64,000 bases of DNA from Bacteroidia bacterium (GTDB taxonomy: Bacteria; Bacteroidota; Bacteroidia; NS11-12g; UBA955). Under the pieces are notes generated by a model. The model was given only the letters and a program-made list of their open reading frames with translations, ran no database searches and was not told the DNA's origin. The position numbers and the translations under genes are program-made. Numbering within the stretch: the stretch's first letter is position 1; each line of letters starts with the position of its first letter. The stretch spans positions 5,930 through 69,929 of the forward strand of contig JBIPPH010000005.1 of NCBI GenBank assembly GCA_044368575.1, given 5' to 3'. Positions 1 through 8,695 of the stretch are shown in pieces.

Positions 1-746
1 GGCTCTACAATATTCCAAGACAACTCTGTTTGTTTATTTAAATGGTGTTGAATCATGGCATAAATAAATGCCGTTTCGCGTTTTAGGCCTACATGCTCTT
101 TACCAGATTGTGGCGTATTTAAATACAATTCAACCGATTTGATCCCCTCTTTCATATTACCATCTAAACCAATCAATTTGGTTACCCATTGAAACTGAGA
201 AGGGACAGTACTAAACACACAAGACAAGAAACCGAAATTTTTATTATCAGGCAAAAAATTAGGGTAAAGCGTATGATTGGTCTTAACATACTTGTAAGCC
301 GATTGAACATCGAAACCACCCGAAAATTGTTCATCAAATTTAAAATGCACTAATGCTTTGTGCAAATACATATCAGACAATACAAATCTGTACCAGCCAT
401 CTCCACAATCCATATCTTTAGCCCTATTAACGACATTATCCCAATTAGACTGTTCTTGCTTATATAACAGTGGATCCTCGGTAATGAATAATTTAAAAAA
501 GATTATAGATTCTTCCAACCATGGAATAGCGATATTATTGTTTGATAGCGTTTTTTGAGCAGCAACAATTTTTTGCGCTTCGTCAAACTTCAACTCTGAA
601 ATTAAATTTTGAGCCAAAACCAGCTGATCAGTCATTTGAAACTGATATTTGTTTTTAGCGGATAAGGAAAGTGAAGCCAAATAAAGGCATAAAAAAAGAA
701 CACGTTTGAAGGTGTTCTTTAAATGTTTGAGCGATGCCATAAGCAT
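1..746 (-). CDS. hypothetical secreted protein, partial (3' end lies outside the window)
   Basis: Not in the supplied track because there is no stop in the window. My reverse-strand translation from ATG at 746 (alternative ATG at 740) stays open to base 1: MLMASLKHLKNTFKRVLFLCLYLASLSLSAKNKYQFQMTDQLVLAQ... The N-terminus looks like a signal peptide. The gene begins 8 nt after the stop of the upstream zinc-ribbon gene. No family recognised. Confidence 0.45.
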   Translation of the reverse strand, partial: MLMASLKHLKNTFKRVLFLCLYLASLSLSAKNKYQFQMTDQLVLAQNLISELKFDEAQKIVAAQKTLSNNNIAIPWLEESIIFFKLFITEDPLLYKQEQSNWDNVVNRAKDMDCGDGWYRFVLSDMYLHKALVHFKFDEQFSGGFDVQSAYKYVKTNHTLYPNFLPDNKNFGFLSCVFSTVPSQFQWVTKLIGLDGNMKEGIKSVELYLNTPQSGKEHVGLKRETAFIYAMIQHHLNKQTELSWNIVE

Positions 747-753
747 GCAAAAA

Positions 754-1554
754 TTATTTTGTAGCTTTCAAAGTACGAACTCTGCGTTTTGGTTTTTCTT
801 CTTCAACTGGTTTTTCTGTGTAAATCCCAGTTACTTGATTGTCAACCAAAATACGTCCGCAATGTTCACAGTCAATGATTTTGAAATGCTGTTTTATATC
901 GCTTTGTCTTTGCGGTGGAATTTTTGCAAAACAACCACCACAGCTACCCCTCATGATTGGAGCAACAGCTATACCATTTTTAACATTCTTTCTGATACGA
1001 GCATAGGCCTTAGCTAAACGTTCGTCAACTGCTTTTTCTAAGCTCTTTCTGCTACCATTCAAAGATTTTTCTTCTTCTTCAGTATCAGCAACAATGGTTT
1101 TAAGTTCTTTTTGTTTGTATTGAAGATCTTTTTTACGGATTTCAATTTGTTCTTGCAAAGATTCTAATCCTTGGTTTTTATTCTCAATGTAGAATTGAGC
1201 TTCTTTGATGCGTTTTTGAGCGGCTAAAACTTCTAATCCAGAAATCTCAAGTTCTTTGTTAAGTGCTTCGAATTCTCTGTTGTTCTTAACTGCATCTAAT
1301 TGCTTTTTGTATTTCTTTTGCAATTCTTCAGATTGTTTGATATTGGCTTTGTAACCAGTGATCTCAATCTCGTAATTTTTGATTTCTGCTTTGATGTTAT
1401 CTTGTCTGGTCTCTAAACCTGCCAATTCATCTTCTAAGTCACTTACTTCCATAGGCAACTCCCCTTTTAACAAGTTAAGTTGATCGATTTTAGAGTCAAT
1501 TTGTTGAAGTTCCCAAATGGCTTTAAGCTTTTTTTCTATTGATAAATCTACCAT
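754..1554 (-). CDS. C4-type zinc-ribbon / coiled-coil protein (COG1579, DUF164 type)
   Basis: Long coiled-coil followed by a C-terminal CGGCF...x...CEHCGRIL zinc ribbon. Sits directly downstream of a Nif3-family gene with a 3-nt gap, which is the conserved pairing for this family. Confidence 0.85.
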   Translation of the reverse strand: MVDLSIEKKLKAIWELQQIDSKIDQLNLLKGELPMEVSDLEDELAGLETRQDNIKAEIKNYEIEITGYKANIKQSEELQKKYKKQLDAVKNNREFEALNKELEISGLEVLAAQKRIKEAQFYIENKNQGLESLQEQIEIRKKDLQYKQKELKTIVADTEEEEKSLNGSRKSLEKAVDERLAKAYARIRKNVKNGIAVAPIMRGSCGGCFAKIPPQRQSDIKQHFKIIDCEHCGRILVDNQVTGIYTEKPVEEEKPKRRVRTLKATK

Positions 1555-1557
1555 GTT

Positions 1558-2655
1558 TTAAAAATAATATTGGATAGGATTGGTATTTGTTTTACAAAAA
1601 CGGACCGCAATATTAGCGAATTTATCTGTAATTTCCTCATAAAATAGTTCCAAACTTGAAATTTCTGACTCATAATGCCCAATATCACAAAACAATAGCC
1701 CCTCTGCATCAAAGTAGTCATGGTACTTCAAATCGGCTGTAACATAAGCATCGGCGCCCATTTGCATGGCTTTTTTTAACAAAAACGCCCCTGAACCACC
1801 ACAGATGGCCACTTTTTTAATTTGGCCTTCATTTATATTGTGTTTAACTAGCTTTATCGGCAATTTAGACTTAAGCAAAGTTAAAAATTCAGAAACCCCT
1901 AAAGCCTCAGGCAATTCACCTATGGCGCCAGCTCCTACTCCAGGATGTTCTTCTTGAAGCGGAATACAATCATATGCCATGGTTTCATAAGGATGCACCT
2001 CAGACACAGCCTGCACGGCCTTTTTACATAAATAACTTGGTATTATGGCTTCTATCTTTAACTCTTCAACCTGAGTCAGCTCCCCTACTGTTCCCGAATA
2101 GGGATTGGCAGTCTCTTCTGCTTTAAAACTACCTGAACCAAGCGTTGTAAAACTGCAATGCGAATACTGGCCAATTTGACCAGCCCCGGAGGCAAATAAA
2201 GCAGATTTAACAACCTCAGCATGCGATACAGGAACATATACAACGAATTTGCTCAATACATCTGTTTTGGCTTGTAAAATTTGAAGATTACGCAAGCCTA
2301 TTTTTTGAGCAAACTTTTGATTGACACCCTTGTGAAGCACATTGTCTAAATTGGTGTGAGCAACGTATAGAGCGATGTCATGTTTGATTAACAAAGCCAC
2401 TGTTCTTTCTACCCAATTTTGATAGGTCAAAGATTTTAAACCCTTGAATATGAGCGGATGGTGAGCAACAATTAATTGATATTGACCTTCAATAGCTTCT
2501 TGAACTACTGCTTCCGTAACATCTAAGGATAAAAGCACAGAGGTAATGGTTTGTTGGGGATTACCTATTAGCAAACCAGCATTGTCATAGGCTTCTTGGT
2601 AACTCAATGGTGCTATGGCCTCTATAGCTTTAGCAATATCTTTTACAGTGGTCAT
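1558..2655 (-). CDS. Nif3-like dinuclear metal centre protein (YbgI/YqfO family)
   Basis: 365 aa. Contains YDNAGLLIGN, the VAHHPLIF motif and C-terminal GHYESE, with the inserted PII-like middle domain typical of the long form. Confidence 0.9.
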   Translation of the reverse strand: MTTVKDIAKAIEAIAPLSYQEAYDNAGLLIGNPQQTITSVLLSLDVTEAVVQEAIEGQYQLIVAHHPLIFKGLKSLTYQNWVERTVALLIKHDIALYVAHTNLDNVLHKGVNQKFAQKIGLRNLQILQAKTDVLSKFVVYVPVSHAEVVKSALFASGAGQIGQYSHCSFTTLGSGSFKAEETANPYSGTVGELTQVEELKIEAIIPSYLCKKAVQAVSEVHPYETMAYDCIPLQEEHPGVGAGAIGELPEALGVSEFLTLLKSKLPIKLVKHNINEGQIKKVAICGGSGAFLLKKAMQMGADAYVTADLKYHDYFDAEGLLFCDIGHYESEISSLELFYEEITDKFANIAVRFCKTNTNPIQYYF

Positions 2656-2667
2656 TATTGTACAAAA

Positions 2668-3660
2668 CTAATGCTTTTGAAGCAAAATTGGCATAAAGGC
2701 TTTGTCTGTGAGCGCATTTAAAAACGCGAGCAAATCCTTTTGTTCTTGTTGGGTCAATCGACTTGGTTTTAGCAAACTTGAATCCATATTTACTGGCGTC
2801 TTTACAAAGGCATATGGATTGGCATAATATGCAACCACCTCTTCAAGTGTTTTGAATTGACCATTGTGCATGTATGGACCTGTAACCGCTACATTGCGCA
2901 AACCCGGAACTTTAAATTTTCCTAAATCTTGTTCTATGTGGGTTTGATTGTAAAGGCCTTTATCTGTCCATTTTTGAGCATCATATAAACCAATATTTTT
3001 AAATTCATTGCCAGTAAAATCAGGGCCAAAATGACAATCAAAACACTTAGCTTTATTGCCTAAAAACAATTTTCTGCCGCGTTTTGCCGAGGCATTCAAG
3101 GCAGAATTATCCCCCGCCATATAGGCATCAAAAGGGGTTTGGGCACTTTGAAGGGTTTGCTCATAAGCGGCTACGGCTTTAGACAATAAATCTATACTAG
3201 GCGCCTGATGGTAGAGTGCTTGAAACCATGGGGCATATAGTTTGTGTCGGCTTAAACGGTCAAGCAAAACCTTGGTAGACAAGCGCATCTCATTACTGTC
3301 TTGAATTGGAAAATGGACTTGATCTCGAAGATTACGCGCTCTACCGTCATAAAACATAGGCGCGTTTGGATCAAGGTTCATGATTGAAGGGGCATTTCTA
3401 ATCCCTATACGTTGACCGACTCCAAAGCTAATGGGAACCGTATCTGCAAAAGCTAAATTCGGCTTGTGGCAGGAAGCACAACTCAAGCTGCTGTCTGAAG
3501 ACAAAATGGGATCAAAAAACAATTGTTTACCTAAAGCAATTTCATCTTTAGTAGCATCGTTACTATAAGAGTTATTGGGTGTAGCAAAAGCTGCTAAAAC
3601 TGCAAACACCAACACCATGAACAATATTCCCCAAAATGCTTTCAATGACACAAAATTCAT
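2668..3660 (-). CDS. di-haem cytochrome c peroxidase (CCP/MauG family)
   Basis: Two CxxCH haem motifs (CASCH, CFDCH), a signal/TM segment and MHNGQF near the C-terminus. The track start at 3681 is TTG. I prefer ATG at 3660 (MNFVSLKAFWGILFMVLVF...). Confidence 0.88.
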   Translation of the reverse strand: MNFVSLKAFWGILFMVLVFAVLAAFATPNNSYSNDATKDEIALGKQLFFDPILSSDSSLSCASCHKPNLAFADTVPISFGVGQRIGIRNAPSIMNLDPNAPMFYDGRARNLRDQVHFPIQDSNEMRLSTKVLLDRLSRHKLYAPWFQALYHQAPSIDLLSKAVAAYEQTLQSAQTPFDAYMAGDNSALNASAKRGRKLFLGNKAKCFDCHFGPDFTGNEFKNIGLYDAQKWTDKGLYNQTHIEQDLGKFKVPGLRNVAVTGPYMHNGQFKTLEEVVAYYANPYAFVKTPVNMDSSLLKPSRLTQQEQKDLLAFLNALTDKAFMPILLQKH

Positions 3661-3788
3661 GAAGTATTTGTTTAAAACCAAATTCTTAGTCGATGATTAA
3701 TAAAATAACTCACTGATTAGACGACCATTACACAAGTTTTCATCTTGTTATTATTTAAACTGATTTTTTAAGTATCTTCGCCATCTGA

Positions 3789-6101
3789 ATGAAAGTATCA
3801 CTGAATTGGCTGAAATCATTGATTCCATTGAGTATTTCTCCTGAAGAGATTGAACGCTTATTGACTGGATCTGGTTTAGAAATAGAACATTTTGAATATG
3901 TTGATTCTATAAAAGGTGGCCTTAGAGGGCTAATTGTTGGCGAAGTGCTCACTTGCACCCAGCACCCCAATGCAGACAAATTAAAACTCACAACAGTTAA
4001 TATCGGACAAGGAGAGCCCTTATCCATTGTATGTGGAGCGCCCAACGTTAAAGCTGGCATAAAAGTTATCGTAGCACCTGTGGGCACAACTGTGCATCCA
4101 TTGCAAGGTGAACCATTTACGATTAATAAAGCTAAAATTCGAGGGGAACAAAGCGAAGGCATGCTATGTGCCGAAGATGAAATAGGTTTAGGACAAAGTC
4201 ATGAAGGCTTATTGATATTACCAGACACTGCCACCATTGGCACACTAATCACTGATTTATTCCCTGTGCAATCCGATGTCGTTTTCGAAATTGGCTTAAC
4301 GGCCAACCGTGGAGACGCCGCCTCTCATTGGGGAGTAGCAAGAGAATTAGCTACTTTGCTCAATCAGAAAATAACATTACCTAATACTCAACCCATTGCT
4401 CAATTAAGCGATGAACCTATAACGATTACTAACCACGATGAGGAAGCCTGCAGAAGGTACTCTGGCATAGTGCTCAATAACATTAAAGTCCAAGACAGCC
4501 CTGAATGGCTTAAACAACGTATAAGTAGCATTGGCTTGAAACCAATCAACAATGTTGTGGATGTTACCAATTACGTATTACATGAATTGGGGCAACCACT
4601 CCATGCTTTTGACTTAAGAGCAGTTGAAAAAAACATTCACATCAAACGCAATCAAAATGAAAAGTTCACCACATTAGATGTTGTTGAACGCCAACTCAAC
4701 GGCCAAGAACTCATGATTTACAACGCCTCAGAGGCGATGTGTATGGCTGGTGTTTATGGTGGCATTCATTCGGGTGTTCAATCAGACACCCAAAGCATTT
4801 TCTTGGAAAGCGCTTATTTTTCTGCAGATGTGATCAGAAAGGCGGCCAAGCAACATGGCATTAGCACCGATTCGAGTTTTAGATTTGAACGTGGCACTGA
4901 CCCCAACATGTGTATTAAAGCCTTGGAAAGAGCCGTTGAATTATTAGCAACATGTGCTAATGCAGAAATTGGCAGTAAACTATACGACCTCTACCCTAAG
5001 CCAATCAACAACCAAGCTATTGAATTGCGTTCTGAACGCATAGAAAGTGTTTTGGGGATTGTTATCCCTGAGCAAGCTATAGAACAGATCTTAAATGGTT
5101 TGGGCATTGTTATTACCTCAAAAGCAAATGGTAAATACCAATTGGAAGTGCCGCCTTTTAAAAGCGATGTTACCCGCGAGATTGATGTGATCGAAGAATT
5201 GATTCGAATTTATGGCTTTGACAATGTTCCGCTTCAACACAACATGCAAATTGCTTTGAACTACAACAACAAGAGCAAATTGCGTCAGACCGAACAAAGC
5301 ATTTCTCAAATATTAATGGCCAATGGTTTCAGAGAAATCATGAGCAATTCATTAAGTGCTAAAGCCTATTACAATGAGCCGAATTTGATTGAACTTAGTA
5401 ATCCACTCAGTTCTGAAATGGACGTCATGCGAGGCAATATGTTAATGGGCGCGTTGTCGTCTATTGCTTACAATAAAAACCGCAAACAAAGCAATACCAG
5501 ATTCTTTGAATTTGGAAGAGTCTATAAAAGCCATCCCAAAGGATTTATTGAGCAAGACCAATTGATCATTATTGCTTCTGGCAACCAATACAACGAAAGT
5601 TGGGAAATAGCCAACAAAGCAGTTGACCATTATTACATTTTGTCTGTTGCGAATAAGTTAAAAGCGGCATTCAAAAACCAAAATTTAAACATTGAGTCCA
5701 AACAAGTTGAAGCAGATGCCCTCAAACAGTTTGGCATAAAAGACCAAGTTTTTTACACAGTTATTGAATGGCCTAAATTGGCACAAAACAATAGCTTTAA
5801 ACTTAAAGACATTCCTCAATTCCCAATGGTAAGACGCGATTTGAGTTTGGTGCTCGATCAAGCTACCAATTTCAATGCTATTGAGCGCATTATTTTGGGC
5901 TTAAAAAACCAGCATATTGCCGCTTGGAATGTTTTTGATGTATACCAAGGCAAACCATTGGAGGCCAATCAAAAAGCCATCAGTATTGCTTTTGAATTAT
6001 TCGACGCGAACAAAACCATGACCGATGCAGATATTGATCCGATTATGCAAGCATTGATCACTCAATTTGAGTCTCAACTAAAAGCCATCATCAGAAAATA
6101 A
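3789..6101 (+). CDS. pheT: phenylalanine--tRNA ligase beta subunit
   Basis: 770 aa. N-terminal tRNA-binding OB domain (MKVSLNWLK...), B3/4 and B5 domains and a C-terminal anticodon-binding-like domain. Length and order are typical of PheT. Confidence 0.97.
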   Translation: MKVSLNWLKSLIPLSISPEEIERLLTGSGLEIEHFEYVDSIKGGLRGLIVGEVLTCTQHPNADKLKLTTVNIGQGEPLSIVCGAPNVKAGIKVIVAPVGTTVHPLQGEPFTINKAKIRGEQSEGMLCAEDEIGLGQSHEGLLILPDTATIGTLITDLFPVQSDVVFEIGLTANRGDAASHWGVARELATLLNQKITLPNTQPIAQLSDEPITITNHDEEACRRYSGIVLNNIKVQDSPEWLKQRISSIGLKPINNVVDVTNYVLHELGQPLHAFDLRAVEKNIHIKRNQNEKFTTLDVVERQLNGQELMIYNASEAMCMAGVYGGIHSGVQSDTQSIFLESAYFSADVIRKAAKQHGISTDSSFRFERGTDPNMCIKALERAVELLATCANAEIGSKLYDLYPKPINNQAIELRSERIESVLGIVIPEQAIEQILNGLGIVITSKANGKYQLEVPPFKSDVTREIDVIEELIRIYGFDNVPLQHNMQIALNYNNKSKLRQTEQSISQILMANGFREIMSNSLSAKAYYNEPNLIELSNPLSSEMDVMRGNMLMGALSSIAYNKNRKQSNTRFFEFGRVYKSHPKGFIEQDQLIIIASGNQYNESWEIANKAVDHYYILSVANKLKAAFKNQNLNIESKQVEADALKQFGIKDQVFYTVIEWPKLAQNNSFKLKDIPQFPMVRRDLSLVLDQATNFNAIERIILGLKNQHIAAWNVFDVYQGKPLEANQKAISIAFELFDANKTMTDADIDPIMQALITQFESQLKAIIRK

Positions 6102-6394
6102 TGGAACAAATCGTCTACAGAATACAAGCCATAAAGGCCAAAGTTCAAGCCCTACAGCAAGAACAGGTTCAATTGCAATCTGAATTGATGCAAAGGAATA
6201 AAGATGTAGAACGACTTAAGCGATTGATTGATATTCAAAATACCACCATCAAACAACTCGAACAGAAACTAAAAACCAAACGCATTGCAGATGGTGTTCA
6301 ATCAGATGAACCAAGTAATAACCGCGATTTGAAATTTAAAATCAACGAAATGATTGGTGAAATTGACAAAATCATAGCCCTGCTTCACCAATAA
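6101..6394 (+). CDS. small coiled-coil protein, function unknown
   Basis: 97 aa, heptad-rich (QALQQEQVQLQSELMQRNKDVERLKRLIDIQNTTIKQLEQKLK). Its ATG overlaps the pheT stop (TAATG), suggesting translational coupling. Does not resemble ZapA by eye. Confidence 0.5.
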   Translation: MEQIVYRIQAIKAKVQALQQEQVQLQSELMQRNKDVERLKRLIDIQNTTIKQLEQKLKTKRIADGVQSDEPSNNRDLKFKINEMIGEIDKIIALLHQ

Positions 6395-6398
6395 AAAG

Positions 6399-6875
6399 AT
6401 GTCTCCAGACTCTAAAATATGGATTTACTTTTCAGAGCAAGCCTTTTCGGATTCTGACATAGCCAACATTGATGCAGCATGCCAAGCATTTTGCCAATCC
6501 TGGACAGCACACGAACAATCCTTGAAAGCGGACTATCAATTGCGCTACAAACATTTTATTGTTTTAATGGTAGATGAAACCCAAAACAAAGCCAGTGGTT
6601 GTAGCATAGACAAAAGCGTTGCCTTTATTCGCAATTTAGGGAACGAATTACAAGTCAATTTTTTTAACCGAATGGTTATACCCTTTTTAATCGATAATCA
6701 AGTGATCAGCCATTCGTTTCATAACATCACTAGCTTATGTGAAAATGGCATCATTCAGCCCGATAGTCAAATCTTTAATTTACAAGTCAGTAATTTAAAT
6801 GAATTTGAGCAGTCATTTATTGTGCCTTTCGAACAACATTGGCTATCTAAAAAAATTCAAACAACAATTAATTAA
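6399..6875 (+). CDS. conserved hypothetical protein (Bacteroidota family of about 160 aa, often mislabelled ABC transporter ATPase)
   Basis: 158 aa with the characteristic W..H...L.A.....Y..F..L..DE....ASGCSID core that I recall from flavobacterial homologues. 4-nt gap after the preceding ORF. Confidence 0.5.
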   Translation: MSPDSKIWIYFSEQAFSDSDIANIDAACQAFCQSWTAHEQSLKADYQLRYKHFIVLMVDETQNKASGCSIDKSVAFIRNLGNELQVNFFNRMVIPFLIDNQVISHSFHNITSLCENGIIQPDSQIFNLQVSNLNEFEQSFIVPFEQHWLSKKIQTTIN

Positions 6876-6884
6876 TATACAATT

Positions 6885-7382
6885 ATGCAAGTAGAAAAAA
6901 ACAAAGTGGTGTCGTTAACGTATACCCTTACTTTAAAAAATGGAGAAGTGGTTGACACTGCAGACAAAGACACACCTTTTGTGTTTATACATGGTGTTGG
7001 CATGACCTTACCTCATTTTGACGCCAACTTAGTCAACTTAAAAGCTGGTGATGCTTTCCAATTCGATATCACGGCTGAAAACGCCTATGGTTTAGGCAGC
7101 GATGAATACATCGTGAATATACCAAAAGCTGTGTTTTCGGGCCCTAATGTACCTGAAGATATTCTTCAAGTTGGTCGTATGGTGCCAATGCAAGACCAAA
7201 ACGGTCAACCAATGAATGGAATGATCATCGGCATTAACGATGAAACAGTTGAAATGGATTTTAACCATCCATTAGCCGATGAAGATTTGAACTTTAAAGG
7301 TGAAATCATATCTGTAAGAGAAGCCACTGCTGAAGAGTTAGACCATGGCCATGTACATGGTGAAGGTGGCCACCACCACTAA
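6885..7382 (+). CDS. slyD: FKBP-type peptidyl-prolyl cis-trans isomerase, SlyD-like
   Basis: 165 aa. FKBP fold with an insert-in-flap region and a His-rich metal-binding tail (HGHVHGEGGHHH). Confidence 0.88.
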   Translation: MQVEKNKVVSLTYTLTLKNGEVVDTADKDTPFVFIHGVGMTLPHFDANLVNLKAGDAFQFDITAENAYGLGSDEYIVNIPKAVFSGPNVPEDILQVGRMVPMQDQNGQPMNGMIIGINDETVEMDFNHPLADEDLNFKGEIISVREATAEELDHGHVHGEGGHHH

Positions 7383-7404
7383 TTCCTAAGTGAATCATAT
7401 TAAA

Positions 7405-7430
7405 AGCTTACTTAACAGTAGGCTTTTTTT
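7405..7430. terminator. rho-independent terminator between convergent slyD and the DUF3817 gene
   Basis: Stem AGCTTACT / AGTAGGCT (one G-U pair), loop TAAC, followed by T7. An A-run lies upstream, so it may act bidirectionally. Confidence 0.55.
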
Positions 7431-7716
7431 ATGCGCAAACTTTTCTTAAAAAGAAAGTCCCAAATGGCAGTAATGACAACAAAAAACACAGTGCGCACTG
7501 TTTAAAGCTCAATTGTTTTTGCAAAAGCAAATTGAAAAGCAACAAGCAAAACCAAACAAATAAAACACCATGTATGCTGCCACACAATTTAACCGCCATG
7601 GGCATTTGCATCCAATATTTCATTGGCAAAGCTATTCCTAATAAGGCCAAATAACTATAGCCTTCAATTTTGCCAATGGTAATGCATTTTTCAACGCCTG
7701 ATCTAATTGTACTCAT
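7429..7716 (-). CDS. DUF3817 (TIGR03954 HG-motif) small integral membrane protein
   Basis: 95 aa with three hydrophobic helices and a SIHGVLF motif. 1-nt gap after the polyprenyl synthase gene. Confidence 0.7.
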   Translation of the reverse strand: MSTIRSGVEKCITIGKIEGYSYLALLGIALPMKYWMQMPMAVKLCGSIHGVLFVWFCLLLFNLLLQKQLSFKQCALCFLLSLLPFGTFFLRKVCA

Positions 7717-7717
7717 A

Positions 7718-8695
7718 TTAATATACTCTGGTTTTTAATCCTTCAAATAAACTTAATAAACCTGCCTGTTGTTGAGGCTCAGGACAAGCAATATCTAAAA
7801 ACTGATGCGCTGAAGTTTCATAAGCATGCTTTAATTGCAACAAATGCTGATCACTACCAGCCTGTTTCATCAGTTGCCTAACAGTTGAAATCTTGAAAGC
7901 TTCGTCTGCAGGCGCCTGATCAATTAAGTTTTGTAATTGATTTAAATCAGCCCCTTTTAAATATTGTAATGCATGTAACATTAAAATGGTGCGCTTATTC
8001 TCTATAATATCTCCACCCTCCTGTTTGCCAATATCTTGTGCACTTCCAAACGCATCTAAATAATCATCTTGTAACTGAAAGGCCATTCCCAAATGAAGCC
8101 CAAAATCATAAAAAGCATTACAAACTGCTTCGTTGGCCCCGGCCGCTAAAGCGCCCATTTGAAGGGCAACTGCAGGTAATACAGCCGTTTTGAGTTGTAT
8201 CATTTGCAAATATTCAGCTTCTGTAATTTGAGCCTGTTTGGGTAAATTCATATCCATTTGTTGACCATCACAAACTTGAGCAGACATTTTTGTATAGGCT
8301 TGCAACAATTGGTCTTTACAAGCATAATTGGTATCCAAAATCAATTGATAAGCTTTGATCAACAAGTTGTCTCCGGCCAAAATAGCGGTTGATTGGTCCC
8401 ATACTTCATGCACAGTTTTTTTACCTCTTCTAATAGGGGCATTGTCCATGATATCATCGTGGACCAATGAAAAGTTATGAAAGGTTTCAATGGCCAATGC
8501 CAATTTTAATGCCTCTTGATCAAGATCGCCTTTAACACTATGATATGCCAATAGCAATAATTTTGGACGCATGCGTTTGCCGCCCAATTGCATGATGTAA
8601 TTCATGGCATTATAGAGATTAACAGGCTTACCGGTAAATGGATGCCCTAACAAATAAGCTTCAAATAAATCAGTATCTACGATGTCGTTTCCCAT
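7718..8695 (-). CDS. polyprenyl (geranylgeranyl/long-chain) diphosphate synthase
   Basis: First Asp-rich motif LVHDDIMDN, second motif QLQDDYLD, and GGKRMRP near the N-terminus. Chain length cannot be read from the sequence by eye. Confidence 0.9.
   Translation of the reverse strand: MGNDIVDTDLFEAYLLGHPFTGKPVNLYNAMNYIMQLGGKRMRPKLLLLAYHSVKGDLDQEALKLALAIETFHNFSLVHDDIMDNAPIRRGKKTVHEVWDQSTAILAGDNLLIKAYQLILDTNYACKDQLLQAYTKMSAQVCDGQQMDMNLPKQAQITEAEYLQMIQLKTAVLPAVALQMGALAAGANEAVCNAFYDFGLHLGMAFQLQDDYLDAFGSAQDIGKQEGGDIIENKRTILMLHALQYLKGADLNQLQNLIDQAPADEAFKISTVRQLMKQAGSDQHLLQLKHAYETSAHQFLDIACPEPQQQAGLLSLFEGLKTRVY

Noticed and set aside
358-1017. Plus-strand ORFs at 358-558 and 706-1017.
   Set aside because: They are antisense to the partial secreted-protein gene (1-746) and the zinc-ribbon gene (754-1554). 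Their sequences are low-complexity (FWFFFFNWFF) and show no motifs.
7340-7382. His-rich tail (HGHVHGEGGHHH), considered as an unusual metal-binding feature.
   Set aside because: A His-rich C-terminal tail is a standard property of SlyD-type FKBP isomerases.
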